A DNA stretch of 64,000 nucleotides from Dimorphilus gyrociliatus (Eukaryota; Animalia; Annelida), in contig CAJFCJ010000083.1 in NCBI GenBank assembly GCA_904063045.1, positions 1 to 64,000 of the forward strand, written 5' to 3'. This document shows positions 35,930 to 49,049 of the stretch, piece by piece. How positions within the stretch are numbered: the first letter of the stretch is position 1; every line of letters starts with the position of its first letter. A model generated the notes under the pieces. The model had not been told where the DNA came from, ran no database searches, and worked only from the letters and a program-made list of their open reading frames with translations. The translations under genes were made by a program, and so were the position numbers.

Positions 35930-37125
35930 GGAACAATGTTTCAACAGTAAATTTCCAAATACCATACATTGCTTATCATCTAAAATACAATTGCGTAATC
36001 CAAGATTTTTCAGAGTGTTTTTGATGATCCTAGGAGTCCTTTACAAATCTTCAAAAATATTACTGTACTGCTCTTGCTGGCAAAATCTATGTGTTTGCAA
36101 GTTATAACAATACTGGTTCTACTCGAACCTTTAAACAAATGTTTCAATTAAAACGGTTTATTCGCAATAATAATACTTAAGCAAGTAACAATATGAGAGT
36201 TCGATAGCAGAGTAGATAGTTTGTAAAAGCAGGTTGCCAAATTACCAAACTGTCTTCTAATGTTGAGGAGTAGATGGATGGTTCCAGTGGAGGTTGTTTC
36301 CAGATGATCTTCCCAGGTCCTTGGGTCCAGATGGAAGCTGCATGCCAAATGAGAATAGTGAGGATTTATATACTTTGAGGTTTGCCTCTGACATCCAATC
36401 ATCACTTTACAGTTGCTGAAATGTGTAGTTCATATTTATGTTTAGTACGAGGATGTTATAAGGTTGAACATTTAGGAAGGTTAATTGAATTATAACTTGG
36501 CCACACCCTAGGCAAGTTAATTAAATTATAACTTGGCCAAACCTTTATTGGTAATTAAAGATTGAGCCTTGAAGCTGACTAATCAGACTTATGTTTGGCC
36601 AATGTTATAGCATTTTCTTGAGTAGGTTTTAAGATGTACATGTATAAGTTCCATCAAATAATACAGTTCAACCATGTAAAATATAACCAAAGTTGTACAC
36701 TACCTTTTCTTCCAGCTGAAGCTATTCTAAACAGTTTTTACATGCTAAAAGATAAAGCTTTTGAGAGAAATGAATTTCTGGATTTTTTTCAATACATTGA
36801 CAGTACTTGGATTAAGCATTCAATTTGGACACCAGATTGTTGGTCTGTATTTGGTCTTGCCATCAGAACCAACAATGATGTTGAAGGATGGCACAGAAGA
36901 ATGAATGAAAAAACACCTGCAAAGGGGTCACTTTATATGCTCATAGACATTTTAAAACAGGAGTCATGTCTTATTCCAGTTGTTGAGAAACTTCTTTAAG
37001 AAAAAAGGCTAAAGAAGTATCAGAAGAAAAGTGTGATTCCACCCTTGGGACGTTTTTTCCCCCCCTTAGGACGTTTTTTCCCACTCTGGGATGTTTTTTC
37101 CCAGGGACGTCTTTTTCCCATACTC
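35930..37125 (+). mobile_element. MULE transposase C-terminal remnant with terminal GGACGTTTTTTCCC repeats, interrupted by a solo LTR
   Basis: Removing the LTR plus one TSD restores ...SKILPFLPAE...WSVFGLAIRTNNDVEGWHRRMN; four ~15-bp repeats at 37045-37120. Confidence 0.85.
36064..36699 (-). mobile_element. Solo LTR (636 bp) of the same family
   Basis: Full LTR with no PBS or PPT; flanked by TTAC / CTAC (4-bp TSD with 1 mismatch). Confidence 0.92.
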
Positions 37126-37706
37126 AGATGAAAATTTAAGAATGCAAATTTTGTAGGATTAATTATTGCATAATTGCTAATTTCCAGATTTTTAAATTTT
37201 TGATACTTATATTTGTTATCTAAAATTTTTAAAAAGTTATATGTTGTCTCTTGACAAAATACTTTGTTTTTTAATGATATATATTGCAGATGTTCCTGTT
37301 GTTCAATAAAGTTAAGGGATGAATTTGGATAAAATATGTCAGAATTGTAGGATTCATTACTTAAACTTGAGAATTCTCCACTTCCAAGTGTCACTGCTAT
37401 CATCCAAATATTCTGATTTCTATCATTTGAAATATTTAATCTTTCAATACCAATTTTTTCTTTTTATATTTTTGTCATTAGAATTATCTCTTTTTATGAA
37501 AACTGTAACATTATTGAAATTAAAACATTCAATATTTGTTGATAAAATCAAAGGTAGTATTTGTTCAAAAATCATATTATATGAAAAGTGAAAGTCATTA
37601 TTTTGTATTGTTATTTTTGTTATTTGTGGAGAATCTACAAAAAGTTGCTCTAATAGCAGCCTTGAAAGGCCTGATTGTTTGGGTTTTGTTTTGGCAACAT
37701 ATATAG

Positions 37707-38400
37707 TTGAAGGAAAAAAATTGTTTTCTTAAAAATACTCTAATTAAGCAGTCAACAGCACACACAAGACTTCTCGCCTATAATAGATATGCATTTCCAG
37801 ATTCTTCTTGTGTAATTTGTACTTGCACTACTCAGCTGAATACATTAAATGTGTCAACAAATTCAAATTATAAAAATTGCAGAGAATTTTGCAAAGCCGA
37901 CTCATCCTGCAAATATTTTACAGTTGGCATGAACAATTGTTATTCTCATTCAAATTGTCAAAGGAATCCTAATGTTCTTAATAAGTTTTTATGCACAAAT
38001 TCTGTACCTACAATCTCTCCAATGTCAAAGTATAAAGAAAATGCTGTTCACTTACTGAATGACTTTAATAATTCAACATGATGTGTAGAATGGAATTCTA
38101 TACCATACATGTTGAGATATCCATTTCCAGGAGTAAATAGGCCACTTTCCTCAATTCTATTGAGTATATTTGGAAAGAATTTATCTTGTTCAATTAGAGA
38201 AAATAATGATACATTTGTTTATGTACCAGTTTAAGAGCAATTTAAAATAGAATTTGAAGGATATTTCAAAGTTTGTAATTTAGTATTTTCCAGTTTGGAA
38301 ACATGTCAATATAGTTGTAATTGCAATGGTAGATTTTGTGAAGGTGTATATTTATTTGCTTTTTTAAACAAAAGTAAAATGTGTGGAATTTCTATTGCAT
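37707..38400 (+). pseudogene. PAN/apple-like + unknown Cys-rich domain, with in-frame stops
   Basis: CREFCKADSSCKYF..NNC, then after a TGA the frame continues CVEWNSIPYMLRYPFPG...; paralogous to 48480 and 54640. Confidence 0.5.
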
Positions 38401-38737
38401 AGGTTTTTCTTTACTTTTTAAGATTACAATACAGATATTTTATCATCATTCTAACAAATTCTTTTTCAAATATATTCATTTTTGCTTATAGACTATCTTT
38501 TCAACATTTTATGCCAAATGTTCTATTTAAAAAGGACTGATGGCTTGAAAAGCCTTCACTATGTATTATTCTGGTAATTTCAATATGCTAAAATATTCAC
38601 CTTGTGCCCTGATGATGATATTTCAGATGATCTTCTCAGATTGAGATGTAGAGAGAGAGAGAGAGAGAGATTATTGGAATACAACTACAAGAGTTTATAT
38701 ACTGTTTTGGTTAGTGACACTAAAACAAACTGAATAG

Positions 38738-38806
38738 GGGTGAAACCATAGCCAGATGAAACCATACCTGAGTGAAACTGTGCCCATGGCGGGTGAAACC
38801 ATACCT
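38738..38806. repeat. 16-bp tandem units (GGGTGAAACCATACCT consensus), MULE-type end
   Basis: 3 units + ATGGC + 1 unit, the same layout as 6763. Confidence 0.7.
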
Positions 38807-39229
38807 ATTAGAAACCTAGTTATCTTATATTATTAAATGATAATAATTAAACCAAAAACAATAAAAAGATTGCTAAAAAATAAAAAGACAGCCATTTTAA
38901 AATTGAAGAAAACTTTGACTTTGGAAAGAGGCTACTTAGAAAGTCAAAACATATTTCCTGAATATTTTTGGACAAAGCTTATCTTAGAGGATTGAAAAGA
39001 GGTAAATTCATATGGAATTTAATCTAGTTCAATGTTGTATTAAGATTTTCATTATGCATCTTATCTTCATTTGGAAAATACTGAATTTATTTGATAAAGA
39101 ATGTTCAGCCATTTTGAATAAATGCTAATGATAATCGTTGTTTTAGAATAGAGTTTTGATAATTGTTTCTTAGATAGCATTATTTGTGGTGAATATTTTC
39201 AGTTATTATTTAAATATGGAAGTTAAATG

Positions 39230-40020
39230 TAAAAATTGCAAGCTTGTTGTACATAGAAGACAGACAAGGAAATCCTGTGTGCTTTGCAATCAAATTATTC
39301 ATCAAAAATGTATATTAAGTATGATTCTATAATCCATATGATTATTATAATTATTCAGCTATTTCATTCAGATTCTAAGGTGTCAGTTTGTCTGGATTGT
39401 GAAACGAGAAAGTGCCTCCTTCAAACAATCAGACCTGATGATCCAGGCATAGAAACTTGTGATGTGGATGAAAAACTGAAAAATTCAATTGAACATTAAC
39501 ATCAACATGCAGAAAGTCTAAGTGCCTTCAATGATAGTCATTCAAATGAACCAGAGTTTGATAATGATGAAAATTGTGACAGCTGTAACATGAATGAAAA
39601 AGAAATGGAAGAATATATAAATTAGGATGTCACACATGTAAATCTGAATGAAGATTCAAATGTGAATGACAATTTTCAAATAATTAAAGGTGGAAGTCAG
39701 TTGAAAAAGGTATTCTAATCAATGATGCATTTTCATTCACATTGGAGGCTAAAACTTCTAAAAGCAACATCTGGGTGTGTAGTAAAAGGACCAAAAAACA
39801 AAGGTGTCCTGCAAGAATACGCCAGCAGAACAAAACATGTAAATGGGAAAGTTATAACACATTCATGGTAAAAATGACCATCTAACCACTGACATCAGAA
39901 TTAGAAAAGATTTAAAAGAAATGTGTAAAAGTGACACAAGTTCAAGTGGAAAGCTATTAGCTGAAACAATTTGTTTAGAGCACAGCAATCTAACAGATTG
40001 TCTGCCAAATGTTGATTATC
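39230..40020 (+). mobile_element. Second PHD-like/FLYWCH-MULE 5' remnant
   Basis: IWVCSKRTKKQRCPARIRQ; DCLPNVDYLK parallels TCLPDINYLK at ~8110; acidic spacer. Confidence 0.7.
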
Positions 40021-40124
40021 TGAAATTTACTTTGTTGTATTGTAATTGTTGGAATTTCTGCTTCTTCAGAACAGTATTTGTCCGCTTCAATTATTTATCA
40101 ATTCAGCAAAGTACTCAAACAAAT

Positions 40125-40387
40125 AGAACATTTTAAGTTCATCCACAATCAGTATTAACAAATGTAATTTTGAAAGAAATTAAACAACAAAACACCAGTA
40201 TTTCATCCAAAGCTTATGTATTGAGTAAATGAGTTTCTAGTTCTAAACAAGTAAGTTTAAACGGCCAGCTAATGGTTAAAGAACTGAACTAATGAGCTGG
40301 GGAAATGTATTTCCTTTTATACATTTCCCAAAGCTTGGGTTCAATTGGTCAAAGGATTAGGAGGGCAAAATATAGCAGTCTCATAAT
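40125..40387 (+). repeat. ~260-bp dispersed repeat with an 11-bp hairpin; inverted copy at 56163-56428
   Basis: Direct comparison gives roughly 85-90% identity; stem GGGAAATGTAT/ATACATTTCCC at 40300-40329. Confidence 0.8.
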
Positions 40388-40930
40388 CTACAAGTAACAA
40401 AAATATCAAAGACTAATCTTTTCTATGTTCTTTGTTCCTTTGTTAATTGCATAGTGGCTCCATCTAATATGGGCAAAGAATCTATTTCCTATGAAATAGA
40501 GTTCTTTCTAAAATTCCCAAGTCTTATTCTACAAAATAAAAGTCTTTATAAAGTTCTACCATTATAATTGCCACAAAATAGAAGTTATTCTAAAGTTCAT
40601 TTATATCTAAAGTCTAAATATCAATATGTCATTATATGTAAGTGTACAGATATCCCACCCTTTTAAGACCTTGCTTCAACAAAAGGTCTGAGACTGATCA
40701 CAATGACTCTGTTACCTTCCTTTGGAAATGTTGGATAGTTTTGAAGAGGTATTGCTTCTTGATCAATTTCTAAGGTTGAGTATGTTGGTACCTGTAGTTC
40801 CTCTTGTTGAATTTCTGGAGCTGTGGTTTGGGCTTTTCTTTTTTCTAAATATTTCCAAAGTGTTTCATTGCTGATTTTCATTCTGATTGATCTGGCAGCA
40901 GCTGTTTGAAATGTACAACCATCCTTTGTA
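40388..40930 (-). mobile_element. 3' end of a related LTR element: env-like tail, PPT and truncated LTR
   Basis: ORF ending ...RVIVISLRPFVEARS*, then AAAAGGGTGGG, then TGTACA at 40648 (same LTR start as the main family). Confidence 0.45.
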
Positions 40931-40955
40931 TAATAGATAAAAGTTTTGGTTTCAG

Positions 40956-41465
40956 ATGATTGTGGATTGTGGTTCCTTTCAGCATCCAGTGGATTCTTTT
41001 TATTTTGAAAAGATACTGTGTTTGGTCACATTCCCCATATCTTACATCCTCTTTTGTTATGCTTCTTGGATATTTGCAGATTTTCTTATCAATCAGAAAT
41101 TTTTGGAAAATTTACACTTGTATCGAAATTCTATTTATGACGTTGAAAGTTTTTGTCAGAAAATATCTTGTATCACATATTTGAAAAAGCTGACAAGAAC
41201 ATTTGATATTCTCACTGAATGCATAATTAAATTTATTGTATTACAAAAAAATTTGATAAAATTAAGATTGAAGTTAACTGATCCTGACATTTCTTTGGAA
41301 AATACTTTCATTGAAGATGACTTTTATCCAAATAACTTTATTGAAAATGACGATGATAATGATTTGTCTTCAATAAATGGCTCATCTATAAGTGATGGTG
41401 AAAATAATGAAATATCTACTAGCTCTTCTTCACAAATTGATAGTTTTGAAAATGAAATGAAATAA
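40956..41465 (+). CDS. Unknown exon/ORF with a hydrophobic segment and acidic tail (actually on the + strand)
   Basis: ATGATTGTGGATTGT at 40956 and ATGAAATAA at the end read on +, after a TTTCAG acceptor; no recognisable domain. Confidence 0.35.
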   Translation: MIVDCGSFQHPVDSFYFEKILCLVTFPISYILFCYASWIFADFLINQKFLENLHLYRNSIYDVESFCQKISCITYLKKLTRTFDILTECIIKFIVLQKNLIKLRLKLTDPDISLENTFIEDDFYPNNFIENDDDNDLSSINGSSISDGENNEISTSSSSQIDSFENEMK

Positions 41466-44400
41466 AATCTCCTTAGTCTAGTAAATTATTAATTGCTTGA
41501 CTTGACCTTGATAGGCTTATTGTTTCTATTCTGCAGATTATCTATGTATTCACAAGTATTTCAACATTCCAAATACTTCATCAATTGTTACAGGAATGTC
41601 AAAATTGAGTACACTATAAAATATTCCTTCAGTAGAGCCTTTATCAATATCATTTGCTTGAATCTGCTCACAAGAAATTCAATTTCCATCATAAAATATA
41701 CATTCAGTTCCTCCAACATAATTGATGTCAAACAATTAATTGACACTCTAAACTGAGATTTAACAAAAATGCCATAAAATAGATTATCATCCAAAACAAT
41801 TGATGTGATATTATAGTCATATGACATTTTCTTATTGATTATACAGACTGCATTTTCAGATGTAACACTTCGAAATCAATATTTCTATTAGGAAAATAGA
41901 ACAATGAAAATGAGAGGTGATAAGTTGAATGTATACCTAAATTCAACAATATTTGAATCTTCAAAATGGAATGCTACTCTTTCACTCTTCACATTTGATA
42001 TAGACACTTCAGATGAGTTTGATATAAAAATTCCAGTATCTATCAAAAGTTTAGTTAGTTACGTTTTCTAAAGGGCTTGGGTCAGGGCTCTTTGCCGTGA
42101 AATTAATTGGGTTTAAGCCCTCTTAGTAGCCCTAACTGTGTGACAACCTGAACCAATTCCTGCCCACTTTTTCTGAGTGAGATTTCTTTAATAACAGGAA
42201 GAATATTTTCAATTATCAAACAAGAATAATTTTCTTCTTTTAGTTTTTTTCTTTAGCCTCCAAACCTTTTTTTACATGTCAAAGCATATATATCTTTTAA
42301 GTATTTTATTTATTCTATTGACCTAATTTGTGTCTATAAAGACAACAAAATATTTTAATTTCTTAATTTTGAGTACTTTGTTTTAAAAGAATATACTGCT
42401 GAAACTGGAGTGATTGATTATAGCAAAAAAGCTGATTCACTTCCTGAACTGAAAAATTTACAATGCCTTAAGCATTAAATTTTGATCTAAATTTTTACCA
42501 GATGTAAAGCAGCCTTTTTACTAACTATTTTCAATATATTCATTCATAAAAATTCATGATCATGTTTAACAAGTTCCTCTAATCCTAACTCAGCCCTAAG
42601 CTGTATCTAACCTTTGCAACTTTACTTTTTTCTTTAAATATATTTTATCTTTTCAAAATTTTTCTCCATGACATTCTTTTCATAGATTAGTATTTACTTT
42701 CTTTCCAATTTGGGATATTCATTTCATGGGACATCCTTTCCTAAGGGCAACTATTCTTTACCCAATCTCTCTCCTATGAATTGTGTTTTAAAAGTTAGAG
42801 AGTTAGAGAATGTCAAGAGGATTTAATGGAAAAGTATACCCAGAGATAATTCATGAAATTAGGATTAGGGTTAGGGTAAACCAAAGTTTTCTGCACGTTT
42901 TCCATGACAGTCATGAATTTAGTATTAATCATAGAACTGTATTATTGTTTTCCTAATAAGCTACAAACATTAATTTTGGCTGCTGGCCAATAGTATAAAA
43001 AGGTCAAACTTGACAATTGTTGACTTTTGGACAAGTTCCAACTTCTCACCTTCAATGGTTGAGTTGAATTTTTATTAAAATTGTTACATCTTATAAAAGA
43101 AGTTGACCACTTAAATTTATCTGACCTACTTACTCAGGATGAATATCAATATCAGACACCTCCTCTTGAAAGATTTTTAGAATTTACTGAATTGTATGTC
43201 TATGTATCTGCAATTGGTGAAAATGATTCGCAAGGTGAGTAGTAAAAACAGGTGTAATTAATTAAAAAATAATTGACAAACATGTATGAAATTTATGGAA
43301 GGAAGTGGAAAGAATTTGAACTCTTACATTACTGAAGCAAAATTGGATAATGTTCAATTATCCAGTAATGATTTTACTTTATTAACTGATAGTGTCCACT
43401 ATCTCACAGACACAAATGGAATATTGAACTTTAATTCAAACAACAAAATTGTATTAACAACTCAACTTTTTTAAAATTAGCATCTGATGGTTCAGCCTAT
43501 AAAACTGGAATTCGAGTGAAAGTAACAAATTATCTATACAGCAATGTTATTGAGGTGAAAACATCTGAAAATTTTCTAGATTGATTTTATTGCGGATTCA
43601 AGACAATGCCATATTGATTTGCATAAAAAATTTCTTTTCCCATTAAATTTTTAATAGAATCTATTTTGATTGAAATTTCACTGTTCCACCTTATTGTTCT
43701 AAAAACTTGAAAATTCTGACCTATTCAATTCCACAGACACCTAATAACTTAAAATAAAAAGACATTCTTACAATGAATTTTCAATTGTTCATGATCAATA
43801 TAAATCTGAACTTTTTCAATTTCTCTTCTCCCATTCAAAAACTTTATGTATTTTATTTATTTTTTAACAAAGAACAGCAGTTTCTTTGTAAAAAAAAATG
43901 ATATAAAATTAGTTAGTATTTAGAGTGGTGAATAATAATCACCCAAAGAAATGTCTAAAAAATTTTCCATTCTGTACATCTAACTCACAATTTTATCCCC
44001 AAATTCTCCTATACTTTTCAAATTCAAATTGCAATAAAGCCAAGGAAACTACCCAATCCTGCCTAGCTACTATCACTTGTTGGGAAAATAAATAGAGATT
44101 GTAAATTGCTGATTTTACCCTAACCCTAACTCAGGGCTGGGCTGTACCTAACCTTTTCCAATAGCCCTAACAACTTTTATAGAAAAATGTTACACTAATG
44201 TTTTTGTATTAATTTCTCTTTACTACAAGATTTTGGATGTGCCAATTCATCAAATTTGATATTTTCAAATCAACAATTAAAGTAGGCAAAGATCTAATAG
44301 CTATAATAAATGTTCTATTTATGTGAGTACTTTGGCAAATCAGTAAATGATTGGAAAGGATACTGTTGTGAAAATCCTGAAATTCCTGCAATTACAATAC

Positions 44401-44920
44401 AACAATTACACTTATTAATGTAAATTTTTTTAAAGAAATTAAAAATAATAAATTAATTTCAGTCTACAGTTTTCTCAAAAGTGTTTTATAATTAACTGAA
44501 GTGCACATCTATGTTTGGTTAAATGTTGTTGACTTAGTATAGAGCTATTATTGGCAGAATTCTACTACAGATGTCGTTACACCACCTAACAACAGTGCCT
44601 AACAACATGAGATCTTTACTACTTGCCTCTATCAGAACAAGCTGTTAGAATGTAAGTTTTCTAAACTATTCATTATTAATGTATGCATTATTTTAAGTAC
44701 CATTTAATTAATAATTGTGAATTTGTGCAAATGATCAACTATACAATATGGATAAATAGAACATTTAAAAAAAAAATAGGTTAAATTATTGTATTTCACA
44801 ATAGGCTATTTCATGAGATAAAAATAGATTTTATAGAAAAAATCACAATACCAAGATCAAAAAGCTAAAAATTTTCTTTTTAAAAAGCTGAAATATATTG
44901 ATCTCTTTCAGAATGAAAAT

Positions 44921-46099
44921 ATGGAAAATGGATTCAAAACAATATGTGATAGACTCAAATCTTCTTCAAACTCTCTGAAACATATTGATCTTTCTTACTG
45001 TAAATTAAATGATGAACAAGCTAAATTTTTGGGAGAAACATTAAAAAAGTGTTCAACACTTGAAGATATTAATTTATCTGGGAATGACAACACGGGGAAT
45101 GGATTTAAAGTAATATGTGATGGATTGAAATCTTCTTCAAACTCTTTGAAAAAAATTGATCTTAGTGGCTGTGCATTAAATGATGAACAAGCTAAATATT
45201 TGGGAGAAACATTAAAAAAGTGTTCAACCCTTGAAAATATTAATTTATCTGGGAATGACAACACGGGGAATGGATTTAAAGAAATATGTGATGGATTGAA
45301 ATCTTTTTCAAACTCTTTGAAACATATTGATTTTTCTTACTGTTCATTAAATGACGAACAAGCCAAATGGCTTGGAGGCTCATTTAAAGAGTGTTTAACA
45401 CTTGAACATATTGATTTATCTTGGAATGATAACATGGAAAATGGATTTAATGTAATATGTGATGGACTCAAATATTCAAACTATTTAAAAAAAATTGATC
45501 TTTCCATCTGTGAATTAAATGATGAACAAGCCAAATGGCTTGGAGAAACATTCAAAGTGTGTTCAACACTTGAAGATATTCTTTTGTCTGGGAATGATAA
45601 CATGAGAAATGGATTTGAAGTAATATGTAATGGACTCAGGTCTTCTTCAAAGTGTTTGAAAAGAATTAACCTTAGCGGTTGTGTATTAAATGATGAACAA
45701 GCTAAATGTTTAGGAGAAACATTTAAGGAGTGTTCCACACTGGAAGGTATTTTTTTGTCTGGGAATTATGAAATGGGAAATGGATTTAAACTAACATGTG
45801 ATGGACTCAAACTGTCTTTAAACTGTTTGAAAAAAATTGATCTTTCCATCTGTAAATTAAATGATGAACAAACTAAATATCTTTGTGAAACAATTAAAAA
45901 ATGTTCAACTCTTGAAGATATTGATTTGTCTGGGAATTCTAACATGGGAAATGAATTCAAAGTAATCAGTTATATACTAAAATCTTCTTCAAACTGTTTG
46001 AAAAGAGTTAGCCTTGTTGGCTGTGAACTAAATGATGAGCAAGCTAAATATATTAGAGAAACAGTAAAAGAAGTTTCTAATAATGTATTTTTTTTTTAA
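44921..46099 (+). CDS. RNI-like (NLR-type) leucine-rich repeat protein, ~7 x 57-aa double repeats
   Basis: Repeated LKxIDLSxCxLNDEQAKxLGETxKxCSTLExIxLSGN. Confidence 0.9.
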   Translation: MENGFKTICDRLKSSSNSLKHIDLSYCKLNDEQAKFLGETLKKCSTLEDINLSGNDNTGNGFKVICDGLKSSSNSLKKIDLSGCALNDEQAKYLGETLKKCSTLENINLSGNDNTGNGFKEICDGLKSFSNSLKHIDFSYCSLNDEQAKWLGGSFKECLTLEHIDLSWNDNMENGFNVICDGLKYSNYLKKIDLSICELNDEQAKWLGETFKVCSTLEDILLSGNDNMRNGFEVICNGLRSSSKCLKRINLSGCVLNDEQAKCLGETFKECSTLEGIFLSGNYEMGNGFKLTCDGLKLSLNCLKKIDLSICKLNDEQTKYLCETIKKCSTLEDIDLSGNSNMGNEFKVISYILKSSSNCLKRVSLVGCELNDEQAKYIRETVKEVSNNVFFF

Positions 46100-46257
46100 A
46101 ATATGATATAAAGATATTTTGTTTATTTGCTTATTGATTTAACAGACTTTCTTGAGTTTATTATTCTAAAGGTTTGGATTTAAGAGGCAAATCTCAAAGC
46201 ATAAAAATCCTGACTTTTTCAAGTAAAAATAAAACCTCTAGTTCTAACAAAGCAAGT

Positions 46258-46461
46258 TTAAACAATCAGCCAACAATTGGAGTTGAATATGGCTTTATAT
46301 GATTTTTTCTTTCTTTGGCTCATAAAAGCATAAACTAGAGGAACTTGCTTATAATTTCCATTTTTCTTTATGAATGCATGAATAATGAAAAGCTGTTGAA
46401 ATGGTTCTGAAATCACTTTGAAAGTTCCATCCATAAATAATATTTTAGCATGTTTCAACAA
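46258..46461 (-). mobile_element. MULE transposase core fragment
   Basis: LFMDGTFKVISEPFQQLFIIHAF...QVPLVYAFM. Confidence 0.85.
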
Positions 46462-46779
46462 ATCATTTTGATGATTATTAGCAAAAATAATATATCTGCA
46501 TCAGCCTTTTTAATATCTTTTATTAACAAATTTTCAGGAACAAAAATCATTTCAAGGAATGAAAAATTTCAGAGAAAACTGGTACAAATAATACTAATAA
46601 TACATTTGATAACTAAAGAAAACAGCACAGAGAAAATTATTTCAGATTACTAATAGTTATGCCTAGAACATTTTTACTTATCCCAGGACGTATTCTTTCC
46701 ATACTCTCATAATTTAATGGCATCAACAGAAAAAACGTCCACAAAAATAGAGAGAAAAACATACAGTTTAGGCTGAAAA

Positions 46780-48260
46780 TTGTTCTAAGAATATATAACT
46801 GATTGTCTTGCTGCCCTTGTTCAATTTACTCTTTGGAACATTTCCTCAATATAATAGTTACCCAGCTTCCAGTAGGATGGACTAATGGGTTGTTGTAGAT
46901 GATACATTACAACTTCCTTGAATGTGCCATACTACTCATTAGTAGAATGTGTTGAAGTTAGTTCTTAAATACACTGGGAATTTTAAAGCCTTGTTTCAAT
47001 TTCTTGCAAGTTCAATTCATAGATATCCACTGTAATTGTCTTTGTTGTTGTGACTCTATGCTACAAAATGCTTGGTCAGATATATAGAATTGTTATTAGT
47101 GCTATCCCACACAGTCTGTTTGAAATGTTTGTTTGGGTGAAAAGTTCACCATCCTCTTGCGCCATTCCCCTCTAGAACTCATTTTTGGAAAGTTCTTTTT
47201 GACATCATCTCCAGCAGTAAATTTTGTTCTATTTTAATTGCAGTTTCTAGCTTTTTTCTATCTTGCAGTTCCCCACACAACTTCTTTGGCACAGTGCCAA
47301 GCATTGAATAAATACTATAATGATGTAATAAGGCAACATTACTACGTTGGACTTGAACTTCGTTGCACAATGGAAAATAAGATGGGTTCATAGTAAATGT
47401 TGTTGAAGATATTTGAATTGTCTAATCACACCAATTGCAGAATTGTTACCTGTCCTTATTGGGGAAAATAAGGTAATTTATTTATATATTACTTTCTAAG
47501 CTTAAGTGTCTGATGAGAGAGAGTTTGTGAGAAGAGGCCCAGGAATAATATCATTACTTATCTTAAGTTTAATAATGTATCATCAAGAAAGAATTCATTG
47601 GCCGTTTGCCAAAAAATGAGAATTTTCCTAACCCTAGAAATGCACAATATGCTATATTAACATTGTTATCATTTGCAAAATGCATTGCAAAAGGTTTTGA
47701 AACAGTAGAACAGTGAAAGGAAGTCTTCCCTCTAGCTAAGTTTATACATTGTATTTTAATAATACAATAATCTAGCAATTGAAAATGAACAGAAATAGTG
47801 TTTAATATAAAATTAATCTATAAACTATACTGACAAAGCAGAAGGAAAGGAGCAAAACATTTCCATATTGACCTATTTGTGATCAATTAATTTGAATTAT
47901 ATTCTACTGGATTTGCATACTGGAGAAAAATGGTTGTTGAATTAGAAACATAACTTTACAGAATAGTTGGTTATTTTATGTCAAACAATTATATTTCAAA
48001 TAACATCAGAAGAAAAAGTATGTTGACATGAATTGACAAAAATTTTTTACCCAACTCACTTGTCTCTGCCTAACCTTACCAGTTTTCTAGAGGTAGGATG
48101 GCAATATTTAATCTTGTGTGAATTGGTTTGTAACTTAGTTTGTTTTACGCTCATTGTAGGTAATTTCTTCCAAATTAACTTGTAAAGTATGAATGACTGG
48201 TTCTACTTGGATAAAGGAGGTTGTTCATTGTAAGAAGTAAAGAATTATGAATATTTATAA
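46780..48260 (-). mobile_element. Decayed, rearranged env/integrase remnants of an older relative of the main element
   Basis: 46860-46925 resembles 10640-10705; 46988-47040 resembles 11470-11520; 48120-48245 resembles 9945-10060; integrase-like sequence at 47.2-47.45 kb. Confidence 0.7.
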
Positions 48261-48399
48261 ATGTTTTGTAGCTGGATGAACATAACAGAATTTTTCAAGT
48301 GATCTAAAAGTGAATTTATTTTAATATTTCACTTGTTTCATTGGAGCCTTTTTTAAATTGCTTTTAAGTTCTATTTCATTCTCTATTTCACAGTTGAAT

Positions 48400-48848
48400 T
48401 TAGCAATCTGAGTTGGGAGAAAACATCTGCAAATGAAATTACTAAAGAATACAATGAAAACGTTTGCTTTTATGGAAATTTGATACAAAACATTAAAGTT
48501 GGTAGTAAAATAATTTGCAAGGATGACAAAATCTTTGACAATGATAATGAAAGCTGGGAAATGATTGAACAACTTCCAATCACAATTAGATTCCCTTGGC
48601 CCACTTCCAATACAAATAAATTTCAATTTAGAGTTAACATTATTGGAGAAGAGATGATCTGCTATTCTGCAATAGGAGGTGAATTCTTCACCTGCAAACT
48701 GACTCTTTCATCTCCCACCAATTGTCAATATAATTGTAATTGTGGTGATAAATATTGTCAAGCCTTCTATGTGAATATGATGATTGATAAGAGAGCAATT
48801 ATGAACATTTGCAATTGGAATTTTCTCATCTCTGCATTTCTAGATTAA
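48400..48848 (+). CDS. Uncharacterised Cys-rich domain exon
   Basis: RFPWP...IIGEEMIC...FTCKL...CQYNCNCGDKYCQAFY...ICN; paralogs at 38.1 kb and 54.7 kb. Confidence 0.5.
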
Positions 48849-49049
48849 AGATTCACACCCAATACCTTGAATATTTATTGCAAAGATTTGAAAATTTCTT
48901 TCTGATTGTTGTTGTTTTTTTTTAAACAATAGACTGGTTCCTATTCAAAGCAAAAATCTTAACTTTAACCATTATCAATATATTTGTATTGCTTTTGCTG
49001 TTGGATCAGTTTTTTTCAACAAATCCGACTCTTACTTTCAGTTTTAATT

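Noticed and set aside
40956-41465. ORF track labels this ORF as minus strand
   Set aside because: The listed protein reads directly from the + strand (ATGATTGTGGAT at 40956), so the label appears wrong; annotated as +.
43120-43560. Cadherin-like exon fragments (LYVYVSAIGEND, ASDGSAYKTGIRVKV)
   Set aside because: Too short and broken to support a feature call without a profile search.
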